Shown here: positions 18,594-28,458 of the stretch, one piece after another
Layout: each line of letters starts with the position of its first letter
How positions within the stretch are numbered: the stretch's first letter is position 1
Source: Armatimonadota bacterium
Lineage (GTDB): Bacteria > Armatimonadota > SYMT01
Assembly (NCBI GenBank): GCA_041690135.1
Contig: JAWLHY010000003.1
Location: forward strand, 32,001 to 96,000
Direction: 5' to 3'
Length of the DNA: 64,000 nucleotides
The notes under the pieces: model-generated
Told to the model about the DNA's origin: nothing
The model's database searches: none
Seen by the model: only the letters and a program-made list of their open reading frames with translations
Position numbers and translations under genes: made by a program

Positions 18594-19841
18594 ATGCATC
18601 GCCGAACCCTCCTTTCCTCTCTCCTCCTCGTGGGCCTCGCCGCATCGGCGGAAGCCGCCACCCAGGAAATCCGTTTTAAGGTCTCCGCCGGCAAGCACGA
18701 TCGAACCCACACCCCGGTGGTCGTGCCCGTTAAGGTCTCTTCCGGGGTCGCGGACGTCCAGGCGGCGACGCTCACGATCGGCAAGGGCAGCGTGCTGGCC
18801 GGACAGGTCACTCGCCCCGGCCTCCACTCGGACGCCACGGACCCGCTCGCCCGCGAGATCCACTTTCTCCTCCCGAAGTTGGCCGCGGGCGAGTCGCTGG
18901 AAGTCAAAGCGGTGCTCAAGTCCGGGCCGGCCGCTTCCGCCGCGGGCTTCGCGTGGGCCGATACCCGCGGCAAGCACATGGACCTTACCTGGGCCGGGCG
19001 GCCGGTGCTTCGGTATATGTACGAAGCGCTGGACGACAGCAGCAAGGAGCGACGGGAGCTGACCTACAAGCCGTTCCATCACCTCTTCGATCCCACCGGC
19101 AAGGTGCTGTTGACGAAGGGGGCGGGCGGGCAGTTCACCCACCACCGGGGCCTCTACTACGGCTTCAACAAGGTCACCTACCGGGTCGGCAAAACGGCCG
19201 ACGTGTGGCACTGTACCGGCGACGCACACCAGTCCCACCAGAAGTTTCTGTCGCAAGAGGCCGGACCGGTGCTGGGTCGCCACCGGGTGGAGATCCACTG
19301 GCACGGGCAGGGGAAAGAGGTCTTCGCCCGGGAAGAACGGGAGATGACCGTCTACAACGTTCCCGGCGGACACCTCGTGCAGTTCGCCAGCCGGCTGCAC
19401 AGCGCGGGTGGACCGGTCCACCTCGACGGGGACCCGCAGCACGCCGGGTTCCATTTCCGCGCCGATAACGAGGTCGCCGCCACGACCAAGGGGCAAACGT
19501 TCTACGTGCGTCCGGACGGCGTAGGCGCGCCGGGCCAGACCCGGAATTGGCCCGGCAACAAGGACCATGTGAACCTGCCGTGGAACGCCATGAGCTTTGT
19601 CCTCGGCGGGCAGCGTTACACCGCGGCCTATCTCGACCGGCCGCAGAACCCGAAGGAAGCCCGGTTCAGCGAGCGGGATTACGGGCGCTTCGGCTCCTAC
19701 TTCGTTTACGACCTGGACGACGAGAGGCCGCTCGACGTGCGCTACCGCCTCTGGCTGCAGCCCGGGGAGATGACCGTTCCGGCCGTCGCCGCTCGCAGTG
19801 CCGATTTCGTAGAGCCGGTCGGCGTGACCGTGCGGCGGTAG
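18594..19841 (+). CDS. Secreted DUF6807/PmoA-like family protein
   Basis: Signal peptide; YKPFHHL, HHRGLYYG, HAGFHFR, RDYGRFG motifs. Confidence 0.7.
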   Translation: MHRRTLLSSLLLVGLAASAEAATQEIRFKVSAGKHDRTHTPVVVPVKVSSGVADVQAATLTIGKGSVLAGQVTRPGLHSDATDPLAREIHFLLPKLAAGESLEVKAVLKSGPAASAAGFAWADTRGKHMDLTWAGRPVLRYMYEALDDSSKERRELTYKPFHHLFDPTGKVLLTKGAGGQFTHHRGLYYGFNKVTYRVGKTADVWHCTGDAHQSHQKFLSQEAGPVLGRHRVEIHWHGQGKEVFAREEREMTVYNVPGGHLVQFASRLHSAGGPVHLDGDPQHAGFHFRADNEVAATTKGQTFYVRPDGVGAPGQTRNWPGNKDHVNLPWNAMSFVLGGQRYTAAYLDRPQNPKEARFSERDYGRFGSYFVYDLDDERPLDVRYRLWLQPGEMTVPAVAARSADFVEPVGVTVRR

Positions 19842-19847
19842 GGTGCG

Positions 19848-20966
19848 ATGATCCGACCGGCGGGACGCGGGGTCGTCCACGTCACCTCACAGTTTCCGCC
19901 GCACTCCAACGGGGGCCTGGGCACGCACGTCCAGGCTCTCTGCTGCGCCCTGGCTCCCCACGTCCCCGTCTCCGTCCTCGTTCCGGCCGAGCCGCGTTAT
20001 CCCAGCCTGCCGGGCGTGCGGTATTGGCTGCAGGCCGGTGATCCCCTCCAACCGTCGGCTGCCGAGGCCTGGGGGGAGACCCTCGTCCAGGCGGTCGCCG
20101 CGCTGCGCGGACCGAGCGGACGCCTGCCGATCATCCACGCCCATAACTACGAGGCCGCCCTGCCGGCGCTGCATGCCCGGTCCCGATCGGGTGCGCCGCT
20201 GGTCGTAACGCTGCATCTACCGGCGCCCGCAGACCTAGTCGAGCTGGAGCGGCAGCTTCTGGAGCAGGCCGACGCGGTGATTGCGGTGAGTCGCTCGCTG
20301 GCGGAGGATTACCGGAAGCGGGGCTGGAGAATTCCCGACCCGATCCCCGTTCCGAACGGCGTGGACCTCGCCACGTTCCATGGTGCTCCGACCGGACACA
20401 GCACGCGCCGCCACGGGCAACTACTTATTGCCGGCCGTCTCACGCCCCAGAAGGGGGTCGACCTCGCCATCCGGGCCCTGGCGCGCCTGCTGCCGGACTG
20501 TCCCAATCTGCATCTGCGCATCGCGGGCATCGGCCCCTGGGAGCGGGCCTATCGGAACCTGGCGCGCGAGTTGGGTGTTTCCGATCGCGTGAACTGGCTG
20601 GGTTTCCTCGGTCCGGAGGCGCTACGCCAGGAATACCAGCACTGCGGGATCCTGTTGATGCCCAGCCGGTTCGAACCGTTCGGCCTCTCCGCGCTGGAAG
20701 CGATGGCCTGCGGCGCGCCCGTGATCGCCTCCTGGGTGGGCGGGTTGCCGGAGTTCATCACCCCCGACCAGAGCGGCTTGTTGGTCCCTCCGTGCGATGT
20801 CCCGGCGCTGGCGGAGGCGATCCGCTATCTGGTGGCGTTTCCGGAAGAGGCCGCCTGGCTCGGCGCCGGCGCCATGACCGCGGCCCGTGCCCTTAGCTGG
20901 GAGCGAACCGCGCAGGGCACGCTAGAGGTCTACCGCAGCCTCCCGGACCTGGGGGAGGCCGCCTGA
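19848..20966 (+). CDS. GT4 family glycosyltransferase
   Basis: FPPHSNGGLG, VPNGVD, GRLTPQKG, EPFGLSALEAMACG (EX7E). Confidence 0.92.
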   Translation: MIRPAGRGVVHVTSQFPPHSNGGLGTHVQALCCALAPHVPVSVLVPAEPRYPSLPGVRYWLQAGDPLQPSAAEAWGETLVQAVAALRGPSGRLPIIHAHNYEAALPALHARSRSGAPLVVTLHLPAPADLVELERQLLEQADAVIAVSRSLAEDYRKRGWRIPDPIPVPNGVDLATFHGAPTGHSTRRHGQLLIAGRLTPQKGVDLAIRALARLLPDCPNLHLRIAGIGPWERAYRNLARELGVSDRVNWLGFLGPEALRQEYQHCGILLMPSRFEPFGLSALEAMACGAPVIASWVGGLPEFITPDQSGLLVPPCDVPALAEAIRYLVAFPEEAAWLGAGAMTAARALSWERTAQGTLEVYRSLPDLGEAA

Positions 20967-20968
20967 CC

Positions 20969-21529
20969 GTGGACGTCGATATCTTCCTCAACGACCCGAA
21001 CCCGCGGCTGGGCGCCACCCTGGAAGAGGTGCTGCGAGGCTATCCCGAGCTATTCCGAGTCCGCTGGCACCCGCGGTCGGAGCCGGAGCTTTATCAGCAG
21101 CTGTACCTCGCCTCGTACCCCCTGGACTTGTGCAGCGGACATCCGCTAGAAGCCGACGAGCCATGCGAGGCTACCGGTTACCTGATAGGCTACGGAGAAC
21201 CCGAACTGGCGATGCCCCCAGCCGTCGCCCTTTTCAACCGCCTTGCGCTGCTGGATGCGCCCGGTGGGGTGAAAGAGCTACGGGCCGGCGTGTGGACCGC
21301 CGCTTTCACGGAGCCCGAAACCCTGCGAGCCGGCTTCTACCGGGCTTTCCAGGATGCCCTCCGCGCCCTCACCGCCGCCGATCAGGCACTTCTCAGCCGC
21401 TGTCCGGACCTCTCCGATACCGACGCCGCGCATCAACTGGAAGTCACCATCGCAGCCCTCCGCCGCGCCCGCGAGGCCATCTGGGAACCCATCCGGGCCG
21501 GGAAGGAACAGGATGGACAGGATGGGTAG
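20969..21529 (+). CDS. Hypothetical protein coupled to the GT4 gene
   Basis: GGGGAGG RBS, GTG 2 bp after GT4 stop, typical codon bias. Confidence 0.65.
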   Translation: MDVDIFLNDPNPRLGATLEEVLRGYPELFRVRWHPRSEPELYQQLYLASYPLDLCSGHPLEADEPCEATGYLIGYGEPELAMPPAVALFNRLALLDAPGGVKELRAGVWTAAFTEPETLRAGFYRAFQDALRALTAADQALLSRCPDLSDTDAAHQLEVTIAALRRAREAIWEPIRAGKEQDGQDG

Positions 21530-21674
21530 GATGATTGGGATCACCTTACCGCAGGGATAAAGTTATGTTTGTAACGCAGAGTCGCCGCGAGGAGGGGTAG
21601 AGCCCCGCCGACTTCCCAGACACAGGCCGCCGCATGGTCGGAGCGCAACCACCTTGAGTCTGAACCTTGTGACC

Positions 21675-21939
21675 CGACGTGGCAGGCCCCCTGGTCAGGG
21701 CACCAGTCGTTGCGCGGTCCGGCAGGCCACTGGTCAGGGCACTCGTTCCGCTCCGAGGTCCTTATCTTAATCGTAATCCTGGTCTTAATCCTTCCCGGCT
21801 CCCTAGCCGGGGCAGGACAGCGGATTGGGACTCAGATTACGATAAGGATAGGGAGTCCCCATCCATGACAACCTCCCTGACCCGGGGGCTGGCGGTCCGT
21901 GTAAGCGCGACTTCCCTGACCAGGGGGCTGGCCACGTCG
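21675..21939. repeat. ~265-bp imperfect palindrome (MITE/foldback-like)
   Basis: Arms CGACGTGGCAGGCCCCCTGGTCAGGG (21675-21700) and CCCTGACCAGGGGGCTGGCCACGTCG (21914-21939); nested inner arms and central CCGGCT-CCCT-AGCCGG hairpin. Confidence 0.8.
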
Positions 21940-22049
21940 CTGACGACTTCAGGTATGTCAGGCTGTTTGCTCCGGTGGAAGGTTCATCAGATTCGGGGAA
22001 GTTGCTGCGGGTCTATCGCTCCTCGCCATGACGATCAGAATCATGGACT

Positions 22050-22081
22050 GAACACCCGAACACCCGAATACCCGACCACCC
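22050..22081. repeat. GAACACCC 8-bp tandem repeat
   Basis: 4 degenerate units; same unit at 30950-30986. Confidence 0.6.
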
Positions 22082-22094
22082 CAACTACCCCAAT

Positions 22095-22868
22095 TCAAAA
22101 GCAGTTGAACTCGGTGCAGAATTCCTGGACCACGTCGGCGAGGCCGTCGTTGAGATAGGTCCAAACCCGGTCCGCGATGGAGGCGGGCACCCCGCCGTAG
22201 AGCGCCTGGGCCATCCCTCCCGTAATGCAGGCCAGGGTATCGCTGTCGCCGCCGAGGGAGATCGCTTTCCGCACGGCATCCTCGTAGTTTTCCGACTCCA
22301 GTAGCGCGAGGATCGCCGGCGGCACCGTCCCCTGGCAGGAGATGTCGAACCGGTAACCGGGCCGGATCTCGTCCAGGGTGGTCCCCAGGTTGTAGCGGAA
22401 CGTATCGGCGACGTAGGTGCGGATCGCCTCGCGGGAGTGCCCCGTGCGGGCCAGGTAGATGACCGCCGCCGTCGCCTGCGCGCCCTTGATCCCCTCCGGG
22501 TGGTTGTGCGTGGCCGCCGCGCTCCGCTCCGCCTCCGCCAGCACTTGTTCCAGCGAATCGAAGGCAAACCCCACCGGGCTGACCCGCATCGCGGAGCCGT
22601 TTCCCCAACTGTTGTAGGGCTCCCGCGTGTTTGATCGAGACCACCGGATAAACGTGCCGCCGTACCCCGCGTTCGGGTACTCGCGGGCGTACTGCTTCAG
22701 GTTGTCCACCCAGTCGTCCCCTGTCAGCAGGGTGTCCGCGAGAGCCACGGTGAGGACGGTGTCGTCTGTAAACCGACATTCGGAATGGAACAGTGGGAAA
22801 TCCGTCCGCTTGATCGGCCGGGTCTCGTAGACCGACCCGATGATATCCCCGGCAATCGCACCCAGCAT
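22095..22868 (-). CDS. ADP-ribosylglycohydrolase (DraG/ARH family)
   Basis: GAIAGDIIG, FTDDT, SWGNGSAMRVSP, THNH, GGDSDT. Confidence 0.95.
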   Translation of the reverse strand: MLGAIAGDIIGSVYETRPIKRTDFPLFHSECRFTDDTVLTVALADTLLTGDDWVDNLKQYAREYPNAGYGGTFIRWSRSNTREPYNSWGNGSAMRVSPVGFAFDSLEQVLAEAERSAAATHNHPEGIKGAQATAAVIYLARTGHSREAIRTYVADTFRYNLGTTLDEIRPGYRFDISCQGTVPPAILALLESENYEDAVRKAISLGGDSDTLACITGGMAQALYGGVPASIADRVWTYLNDGLADVVQEFCTEFNCF

Positions 22869-22981
22869 TGAGAACTCCTATTGCGTATTGCGTATGCGAC
22901 GTATCAGGATCGGGAGGGGAGCAAACGGAGTCGCCCGCGGGCGTGTACCCTTCGGAGCCCCACTCCCTTCGGAGAAAATGC

Positions 22982-23398
22982 ATGACTGTTGAACCCATGA
23001 TCGCCGTTTCCGACGTCGAGCGCAGCTCGGCGTGGTACTGCCGCCTCCTCGGCTGCGTCAGCACGCACGGAGGGCCCTACTTCGACCGGCTCACCTCCCC
23101 CGCGGGAGAGGTGGTAATACTGCTCCATCATTGGGACGCGGAAGAGCATCCCGCCATGGCTGGCGGTCGCGAGACGGGGGTGGTCCCCGGCCTCGAGCTG
23201 TACTTCCGCGTTGGCTCGTTGGAGGAGCTGCACGCCATCCACCAGCGCGCCGTCGAGTTGGAAGCGACCGTGCTCGCCGAGCCCGCCTTCCGCGAGATCT
23301 CCCACCAGCATGAAGTTCGGATCCAGGACCCGGATGGTTACGTCCTGACCCCCTGCTGGGCGCCCAGCGAGGAGATTTTCGCGGGTGCGGCCCAATAG
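22982..23398 (+). CDS. VOC/glyoxalase-family protein
   Basis: PMIAVSDVERSSAWY...LYFRV...DPDGY; GGAG RBS. Confidence 0.85.
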   Translation: MTVEPMIAVSDVERSSAWYCRLLGCVSTHGGPYFDRLTSPAGEVVILLHHWDAEEHPAMAGGRETGVVPGLELYFRVGSLEELHAIHQRAVELEATVLAEPAFREISHQHEVRIQDPDGYVLTPCWAPSEEIFAGAAQ

Positions 23399-23431
23399 GG
23401 TAGGGTTGCTTTCCGGAAAGGATCTCCCGCC

Positions 23432-24739
23432 ATGGACCGCCGAACTCTCCTGACCGCCGGGGCCGCCCTGCTGTGCGGCCGTCCCGCGCCTGCCGCGGAA
23501 CCTTCCGGCGAGGACTGGCCCCAATACCGCGGACGGAACCGCGACGGCTTCTGGCGGGAAACCGGTATTCTGGAACGGTTCTCCGGGGCGGAGTTGCAGC
23601 CGAAATGGCGGGCGCCGCTCTCCAACGGTTACTCCAGCCCCACGGTGGCCGCAGGTCGCGTGTACGTCAGCGATCTCGTCCTGGAGCCGCAGCCATCGGA
23701 ACGGGTCCACTGTTTCGACTGGCAGACGGGACGCTCCCTCTGGTCTCACAGCTACCCCTGCAATCACCGAGCGGTCGCCTTTCCCAATGGGCCCCGCGCG
23801 GCCGTAACGGTCCACCAGGGTCGCGCCTATTCCCTGGGGGCGGTGGGCCACCTCCACTGCTTCGACGCCGCGACCGGCAAGTTGCATTGGTCGCATGACT
23901 CCGAGAAGGAGTTCGAGGCCCGGATCCCCACCTTCGGCATCTCGTCGGACCCGTTCATCGACGGCGATCGGGTGATCGTCCAGATCGGCGGCAGCAAGGG
24001 CGCGTGCGTGGTCGCCTTCGACCGGAACACCGGTGAGGAGCGGTGGCGCAGCCTGAACGACCAGGCCGGCTACGGAGCTCCTGTTGTTGTGAACCATGCG
24101 GGCAAACGGGTCCTGGTGGTCTGGACCGGAGAGCGCCTGGCGGGCCTCGAAGCGGCGACGGGAGCACCGCTCTGGGAGTATCCGCTGCGCTCCCCGGGTG
24201 AGATCGACGCGATCATCAGCCCGATGGTCCAGGGTGACCGGCTGTTCATCTCCTGCTGGTTCGGCGGCGCGCACATGCTGCGACTCTTGCCGGACCGCCC
24301 CTCCATCGAGAAGATCTGGGTCCGCAAGGGGCAGGGCGAGCGCAGCACGGACGCCATCCACGCGCTGTTCACCGCACCCCTATGGCTGAGCGACCACCTG
24401 TACGGTGTCGACACCTTCGGCGAGCTGCGCTGCCTGGACGCCCGCACCGGAGACCGCGTCTGGTCGACCCAGGAAGCCGTGCCCCGCGGCCGGAACGCGG
24501 GGGCGCACCTGGTGCGGCAGGGGGACCGCGTCTGGATCTTCAACGAGAAAGGCGAGCTGATCATCGCCCGACTCTCGCCCCAGGGTTACCAGGAGCTCTC
24601 GCGCGCCGCCCTGATCCGGCCCACCCGCGGCCAGTTCAACCAGCGGGGCGGGGTAGCCTGGTCCCACCCCGCCTTCGCCTACCGGCACGTCTTCGCCCGC
24701 AACGACGAAGAGCTCCTCTGTACCAGCCTTCAGGGATAA
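23432..24739 (+). CDS. Tat-exported PQQ-like beta-propeller (BamB-like) protein
   Basis: MDRRTLL signal; DWPQYRG; repeated CFDxxTGxxxW blades. Confidence 0.88.
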   Translation: MDRRTLLTAGAALLCGRPAPAAEPSGEDWPQYRGRNRDGFWRETGILERFSGAELQPKWRAPLSNGYSSPTVAAGRVYVSDLVLEPQPSERVHCFDWQTGRSLWSHSYPCNHRAVAFPNGPRAAVTVHQGRAYSLGAVGHLHCFDAATGKLHWSHDSEKEFEARIPTFGISSDPFIDGDRVIVQIGGSKGACVVAFDRNTGEERWRSLNDQAGYGAPVVVNHAGKRVLVVWTGERLAGLEAATGAPLWEYPLRSPGEIDAIISPMVQGDRLFISCWFGGAHMLRLLPDRPSIEKIWVRKGQGERSTDAIHALFTAPLWLSDHLYGVDTFGELRCLDARTGDRVWSTQEAVPRGRNAGAHLVRQGDRVWIFNEKGELIIARLSPQGYQELSRAALIRPTRGQFNQRGGVAWSHPAFAYRHVFARNDEELLCTSLQG

Positions 24740-24841
24740 TGACGGAAGCGGGTTGCCAGAGGAGCCGGCGTAGGTTTACGCCCGGGTACCCATGGAGTGG
24801 GTGTGGGTGCCGGCTTCGCAGGCTGAGATGGCTATAATCCA

Positions 24842-24908
24842 GGCACTTCCACGATTGGCAACCTTCTTGATCGTGACAACAACCCCTACTCTACGGAGGT
24901 GGAATGCC
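24842..24908 (+). ncRNA. Candidate small structured RNA
   Basis: TATAAT at 24833-24838; 5' GGCACTTCC pairs with 3' GGAATGCC; inner stems CACGATTGG/TTGATCGTG and CTC-TACG-GAG; no ORF. Confidence 0.35.
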
Positions 24909-24913
24909 CGAAG

Positions 24914-24960
24914 AGCCGGCTTAGGCCGGCTTCGCTGTTTGTAGCCGCGAGTTTACTCGC
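24914..24960 (+). repeat. REP-like two-hairpin element, possibly acting as terminator
   Basis: AGCCGGC-TTAG-GCCGGCT-TCG...AGCC-GCGAG-TTTA-CTCGC. Confidence 0.55.
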
Positions 24961-24986
24961 CCACCCGGAACCTTCCCGCGGCATCC

Positions 24987-26447
24987 TTATCCCCGCTTCA
25001 CCTCCAGCACGATCACCGAAACGGCGGGGTCCGGGCCCTGGGAGGGGACCATCACCACGCTCCCGCTGCCGGACTGGCTCACCTGGAGCTTCGTGCCCTT
25101 ATCCGCCAGGAGGTAGGCGCGCTTGACTTCCTGTGCCAGGGGCGGGACCGCGAGCTTGCCGTCCTTCGGCCAGTCGAAGACGTGGAGGTAGATCTTGCCC
25201 GGGCGGGTGGTGGCGCGGCCCCACGGGAGCTGCTTTTCGAACGGGCTGGCCTGGGTACCGTAAACCGCGTCCCCGTTCACCTTCGTCCACCGACCCACAT
25301 CCGCCAGGCGCTCCACGCTGGGACCGGGGATCAGCCCCTCGGAGGTCGGCCCCACGTTCAGCAGGAAGTTGCCGCCCTTGCTGGCGATGTCGGAGAGCTT
25401 CCGGATCAGGTCGGCGGAGGTCTTCCAGTTCTGGTCGAACGACTTGTAGCCCCAGGTGTCGTTCATCGTCATGCAGGCTTCCCAGTCCACGCCGGGGAGC
25501 CCCGTCGGCGGGATCTGCTGCTCGGGCGTGCCGAAGTCGCCGGCGTAGCCCTCGCCCTTGTTCAGGCCTTCCATCCCCTTGCGTCCCTTGCCGATCCGGT
25601 TGTTGATGATCAGCTTCGGGTTCAGGGTGCGCAGGTAGTTGTACAGCGCCTTCCCGTCCGGCTCCGTCCACCAGCCGACCCACTCCCCGTCGAACCAGAG
25701 CACGGCCGGGTCCAGCTCCTCCACGATCTCGCGGAGCTGGGTCTTCATGTAGGTGACGTACTCTTCCTTACGCCCGTCCTTCATCGCGTTCGAGGCGAGC
25801 GACTGGTGCGGGGTCTTCCCCATGGGGTTGGGCATCTGCGACGGGTGGTGCCAGTCGAGGATCGAGTAGTAGGTGCAGAACTTGAGCCCCTGCTTCTTGC
25901 ACTCCCGGCTCAGCGCCTTGAGGACGTCCTTCTTGTAGGGCGTTCCGTCCACGATGTCCCAATCCGTGACCTTGCTGTCGAACAGGCAGAAGCCGTCGTG
26001 GTGCTTGGAGGTGATCACGAGGTACTTCATGCCGGCGTTCTTCGCGGTCCGCACCCACTCCGCCGCGTCGAACTTCACCGGGTTGAACTGCGGGGGGTAC
26101 TTCCGGTACTCCTCGGGCGGGATGTTCGCCGAGGCCTGGATCCATTCCCCGATGCCGTCGATCCGCTTGCCCTGGTAGGTCCCGGCGGGCACGGAGTAGA
26201 CGCCCCAGTGGATGAACATCCCGAAGCGGGCGTCGCGCCACCACTTCATTCGAGAATCGCGCTGCGGCTTCGCTTCACTCAAGAAGTCCCTCGGCTGCAG
26301 GTCCTCGGCGAAGAGCGCCGGGAGCGACGACCCGCCCGCGGCGAAGGCGAGCGAGGTGCCGAGAACGGTCCGTCGGGATAGGCGGGTTCCATTCTGGGAA
26401 GAACCGGGTGCGGAAGGGTGGTGGTCGTTGGGCATGGCGGTCTCCAT
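24987..26447 (-). CDS. Tat-exported alpha-L-fucosidase (GH29)
   Basis: SRRTVL signal; RFGMFIHWG, SKHHDGF, LWFDGEW, NFLLNVGP. Confidence 0.95.
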   Translation of the reverse strand: METAMPNDHHPSAPGSSQNGTRLSRRTVLGTSLAFAAGGSSLPALFAEDLQPRDFLSEAKPQRDSRMKWWRDARFGMFIHWGVYSVPAGTYQGKRIDGIGEWIQASANIPPEEYRKYPPQFNPVKFDAAEWVRTAKNAGMKYLVITSKHHDGFCLFDSKVTDWDIVDGTPYKKDVLKALSRECKKQGLKFCTYYSILDWHHPSQMPNPMGKTPHQSLASNAMKDGRKEEYVTYMKTQLREIVEELDPAVLWFDGEWVGWWTEPDGKALYNYLRTLNPKLIINNRIGKGRKGMEGLNKGEGYAGDFGTPEQQIPPTGLPGVDWEACMTMNDTWGYKSFDQNWKTSADLIRKLSDIASKGGNFLLNVGPTSEGLIPGPSVERLADVGRWTKVNGDAVYGTQASPFEKQLPWGRATTRPGKIYLHVFDWPKDGKLAVPPLAQEVKRAYLLADKGTKLQVSQSGSGSVVMVPSQGPDPAVSVIVLEVKRG

Positions 26448-26694
26448 TGAGCCAGGCGAAACGGGTGCGGAATCCGGCCCCGGAGACGGGCACCGGAATC
26501 CTCTGGGTACGTATACGTTGTCCCTGTGGAACGCGGCACCCTGCGTGGAAGCGGAGTGCTACCGTACAGATTGCCCGTGCCTGCTCCGGAGTTTCGTGAC
26601 CCAACCGGCACCGGGTGGCTGCCCTTCCCATCGAACCTGGGTATAAATAATCAAATGACTGTTTGATTTACGGAGTGCGGAATGGGGAGAACGG

Positions 26695-26889
26695 ATGCAG
26701 ACCTGGCGGAACACGGAAGAAGAAGCGGAGTTGAAGCGGGAAGCCGGCTACGACGCGTGGCTGTTGCAGTTCGAGTACGTTGCCTGGCGTCGCGGCCAGG
26801 GGCTGGAGCCGGATCGGACGCGCCTGAACCTCTGGGAACTGGCCATGGACAGGATCGGTGAGGACCTGGAGGGTAACCCAGGTAAATAA
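26695..26889 (+). CDS. Small acidic hypothetical protein (64 aa)
   Basis: GGGGAG RBS, AT-rich upstream region, host-like codon usage. Confidence 0.55.
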   Translation: MQTWRNTEEEAELKREAGYDAWLLQFEYVAWRRGQGLEPDRTRLNLWELAMDRIGEDLEGNPGK

Positions 26890-26891
26890 TC

Positions 26892-27638
26892 CTAACGGGT
26901 CTCGGCCCATTCCCAGCAGCGCACGGTCACTACATTGCCTTCGGTCACCAGCGCTCCCGCGTAGCCGGGGCCGGGGTCGAGCGACCAGAGCCGCCACCGA
27001 TGCAGGGCTTCCGGATCGTGGCGCGCACCCAGCAGCGCCGCCGGTTGGTCCGGGTGGAGCGACACGTCAAACTCGTCCAGGGGCAGCGCCAACCCCGTTC
27101 CGAGCGCCTTGATGTACGCTTCTTTCCGGGACCAGCAGAGGAAGAAGGCCGTCCGCCGCGCCTCCGCGGGCAGCGCGAACAGCGCCTCCACCTCGGCCGG
27201 GGAGAAGAACCGGTGGGCGATCTTCTCGCACTCCACCTCCGGGCGGAACCGCTCCACGTCCACCCCCACCTCCCCACCCCACGTCACCGCATAGAGCGCC
27301 AGCCCCCCCGAGTGCGACATATTGAACCGGATCCCCGCCGCCGCGCCCGCTCCGGCAAGAGACGGCTTGCCGTGGGGACCGTACTCGAACCGCAGGTCGC
27401 GCGGCGCCGCACCGGTGTACCGCGCCAGGATCTCCCGCAGGAACCCCCGCCCGGCGATGAAGTGCCCGCGGTGTTTCGGAAACCGAAAGCGGTCCGCCCG
27501 TTCCCGTTCGTCCGGTGAGAGCCACTCGTAGTAGCGGGACAGATAAGCCCCGGGCAGCGCTAGGGATGCACGCCAGACGTGCACCTCATCCGCACTGAGT
27601 TCCGGAGTCGTGGAAGGAGTCACCCAGGGCTTCTGCAT
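26892..27638 (-). CDS. Sfp/HetI-type 4'-phosphopantetheinyl transferase
   Basis: GPHGKP, FNMSHS, VGVDVE, WSRKEAYIKALG. Confidence 0.93.
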   Translation of the reverse strand: MQKPWVTPSTTPELSADEVHVWRASLALPGAYLSRYYEWLSPDERERADRFRFPKHRGHFIAGRGFLREILARYTGAAPRDLRFEYGPHGKPSLAGAGAAAGIRFNMSHSGGLALYAVTWGGEVGVDVERFRPEVECEKIAHRFFSPAEVEALFALPAEARRTAFFLCWSRKEAYIKALGTGLALPLDEFDVSLHPDQPAALLGARHDPEALHRWRLWSLDPGPGYAGALVTEGNVVTVRCWEWAETR

Positions 27639-27641
27639 GGC

Positions 27642-28235
27642 TTATCGGTCACCACTCCTTGAATGCCTCCCGTTAGGAGGTGCGGGAGGCACCGGCACTA
27701 CCAGGCGCTGTGTGGAAAGTGGGTAAACCTCGATATCCTCCGACCGCCGGATCGCGCCGGGCCACGATGCCGGCATCCAGTCCCTCCGGCCCCGCGGCAA
27801 TTGGGTGCATCCCTCCACCTTCAGACAAAGCGATCCGGAAGACGGCTGTCCAGTCCGAAGAGAGACGGTGACCTCTCCCGACCGTACCGCCTTCCCTTCG
27901 AGCAGACTCTGGACAGGGCTGATCCACGCATGCGAGCTACCCAACCGGCTCCACTCCACCCGGAGGCCGTGCGGACCGGACATCAGTCCCCCGTCCGCGC
28001 GGCGCAGCCGGAACTTCACCTCAAGCGACCTGGACCGGCCAGGCAGCCAGCGGGTCGCCACAATTTCGATAGTATCCGGCCGGTGTCGGGCGCGCCGCGC
28101 CGCTTCCGCACGCCGGACGCCCAGGACGGTCGCCACTCCGAGGATCACTCCGCTCACCAACAGGACGATCCCGGCCACTCTCCAACAACGCACGGTGGCC
28201 GGACTCCAGCTATCGATTCGAATCTCATCAGTCAT
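27642..28235 (-). CDS. Hypothetical single-TM protein
   Basis: From MTDEIR; one hydrophobic helix; stop 3 bp before PPTase start. Confidence 0.45.
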   Translation of the reverse strand: MTDEIRIDSWSPATVRCWRVAGIVLLVSGVILGVATVLGVRRAEAARRARHRPDTIEIVATRWLPGRSRSLEVKFRLRRADGGLMSGPHGLRVEWSRLGSSHAWISPVQSLLEGKAVRSGEVTVSLRTGQPSSGSLCLKVEGCTQLPRGRRDWMPASWPGAIRRSEDIEVYPLSTQRLVVPVPPAPPNGRHSRSGDR

Positions 28236-28458
28236 CTCTGCAGTCAGGACGGTTGCGGGCGCTCTCGAGTTATCTTCGCACGCTCGGCGGCAACACGCCA
28301 GCCCGCCTGCGGATCCTCGCACGGTTGATATCAATGGGGCCCTCGAGGAAACCGCCACCGCATAGGAAACTCCGATATGACGGAACGAGAACACCGCGAT
28401 AGGGTACCTTGGAGAGGTGGGAAGTCGCCTTTCTCTCCAGGCGAGGGAAGCACGGATA

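Noticed and set aside
18594-19841. Methane monooxygenase, suggested by the PmoA-like label
   Set aside because: Soluble secreted protein without pmoCAB context or membrane helices
26892-27638. NRPS/PKS cluster around the PPTase
   Set aside because: No carrier-protein, KS or A domains in the window
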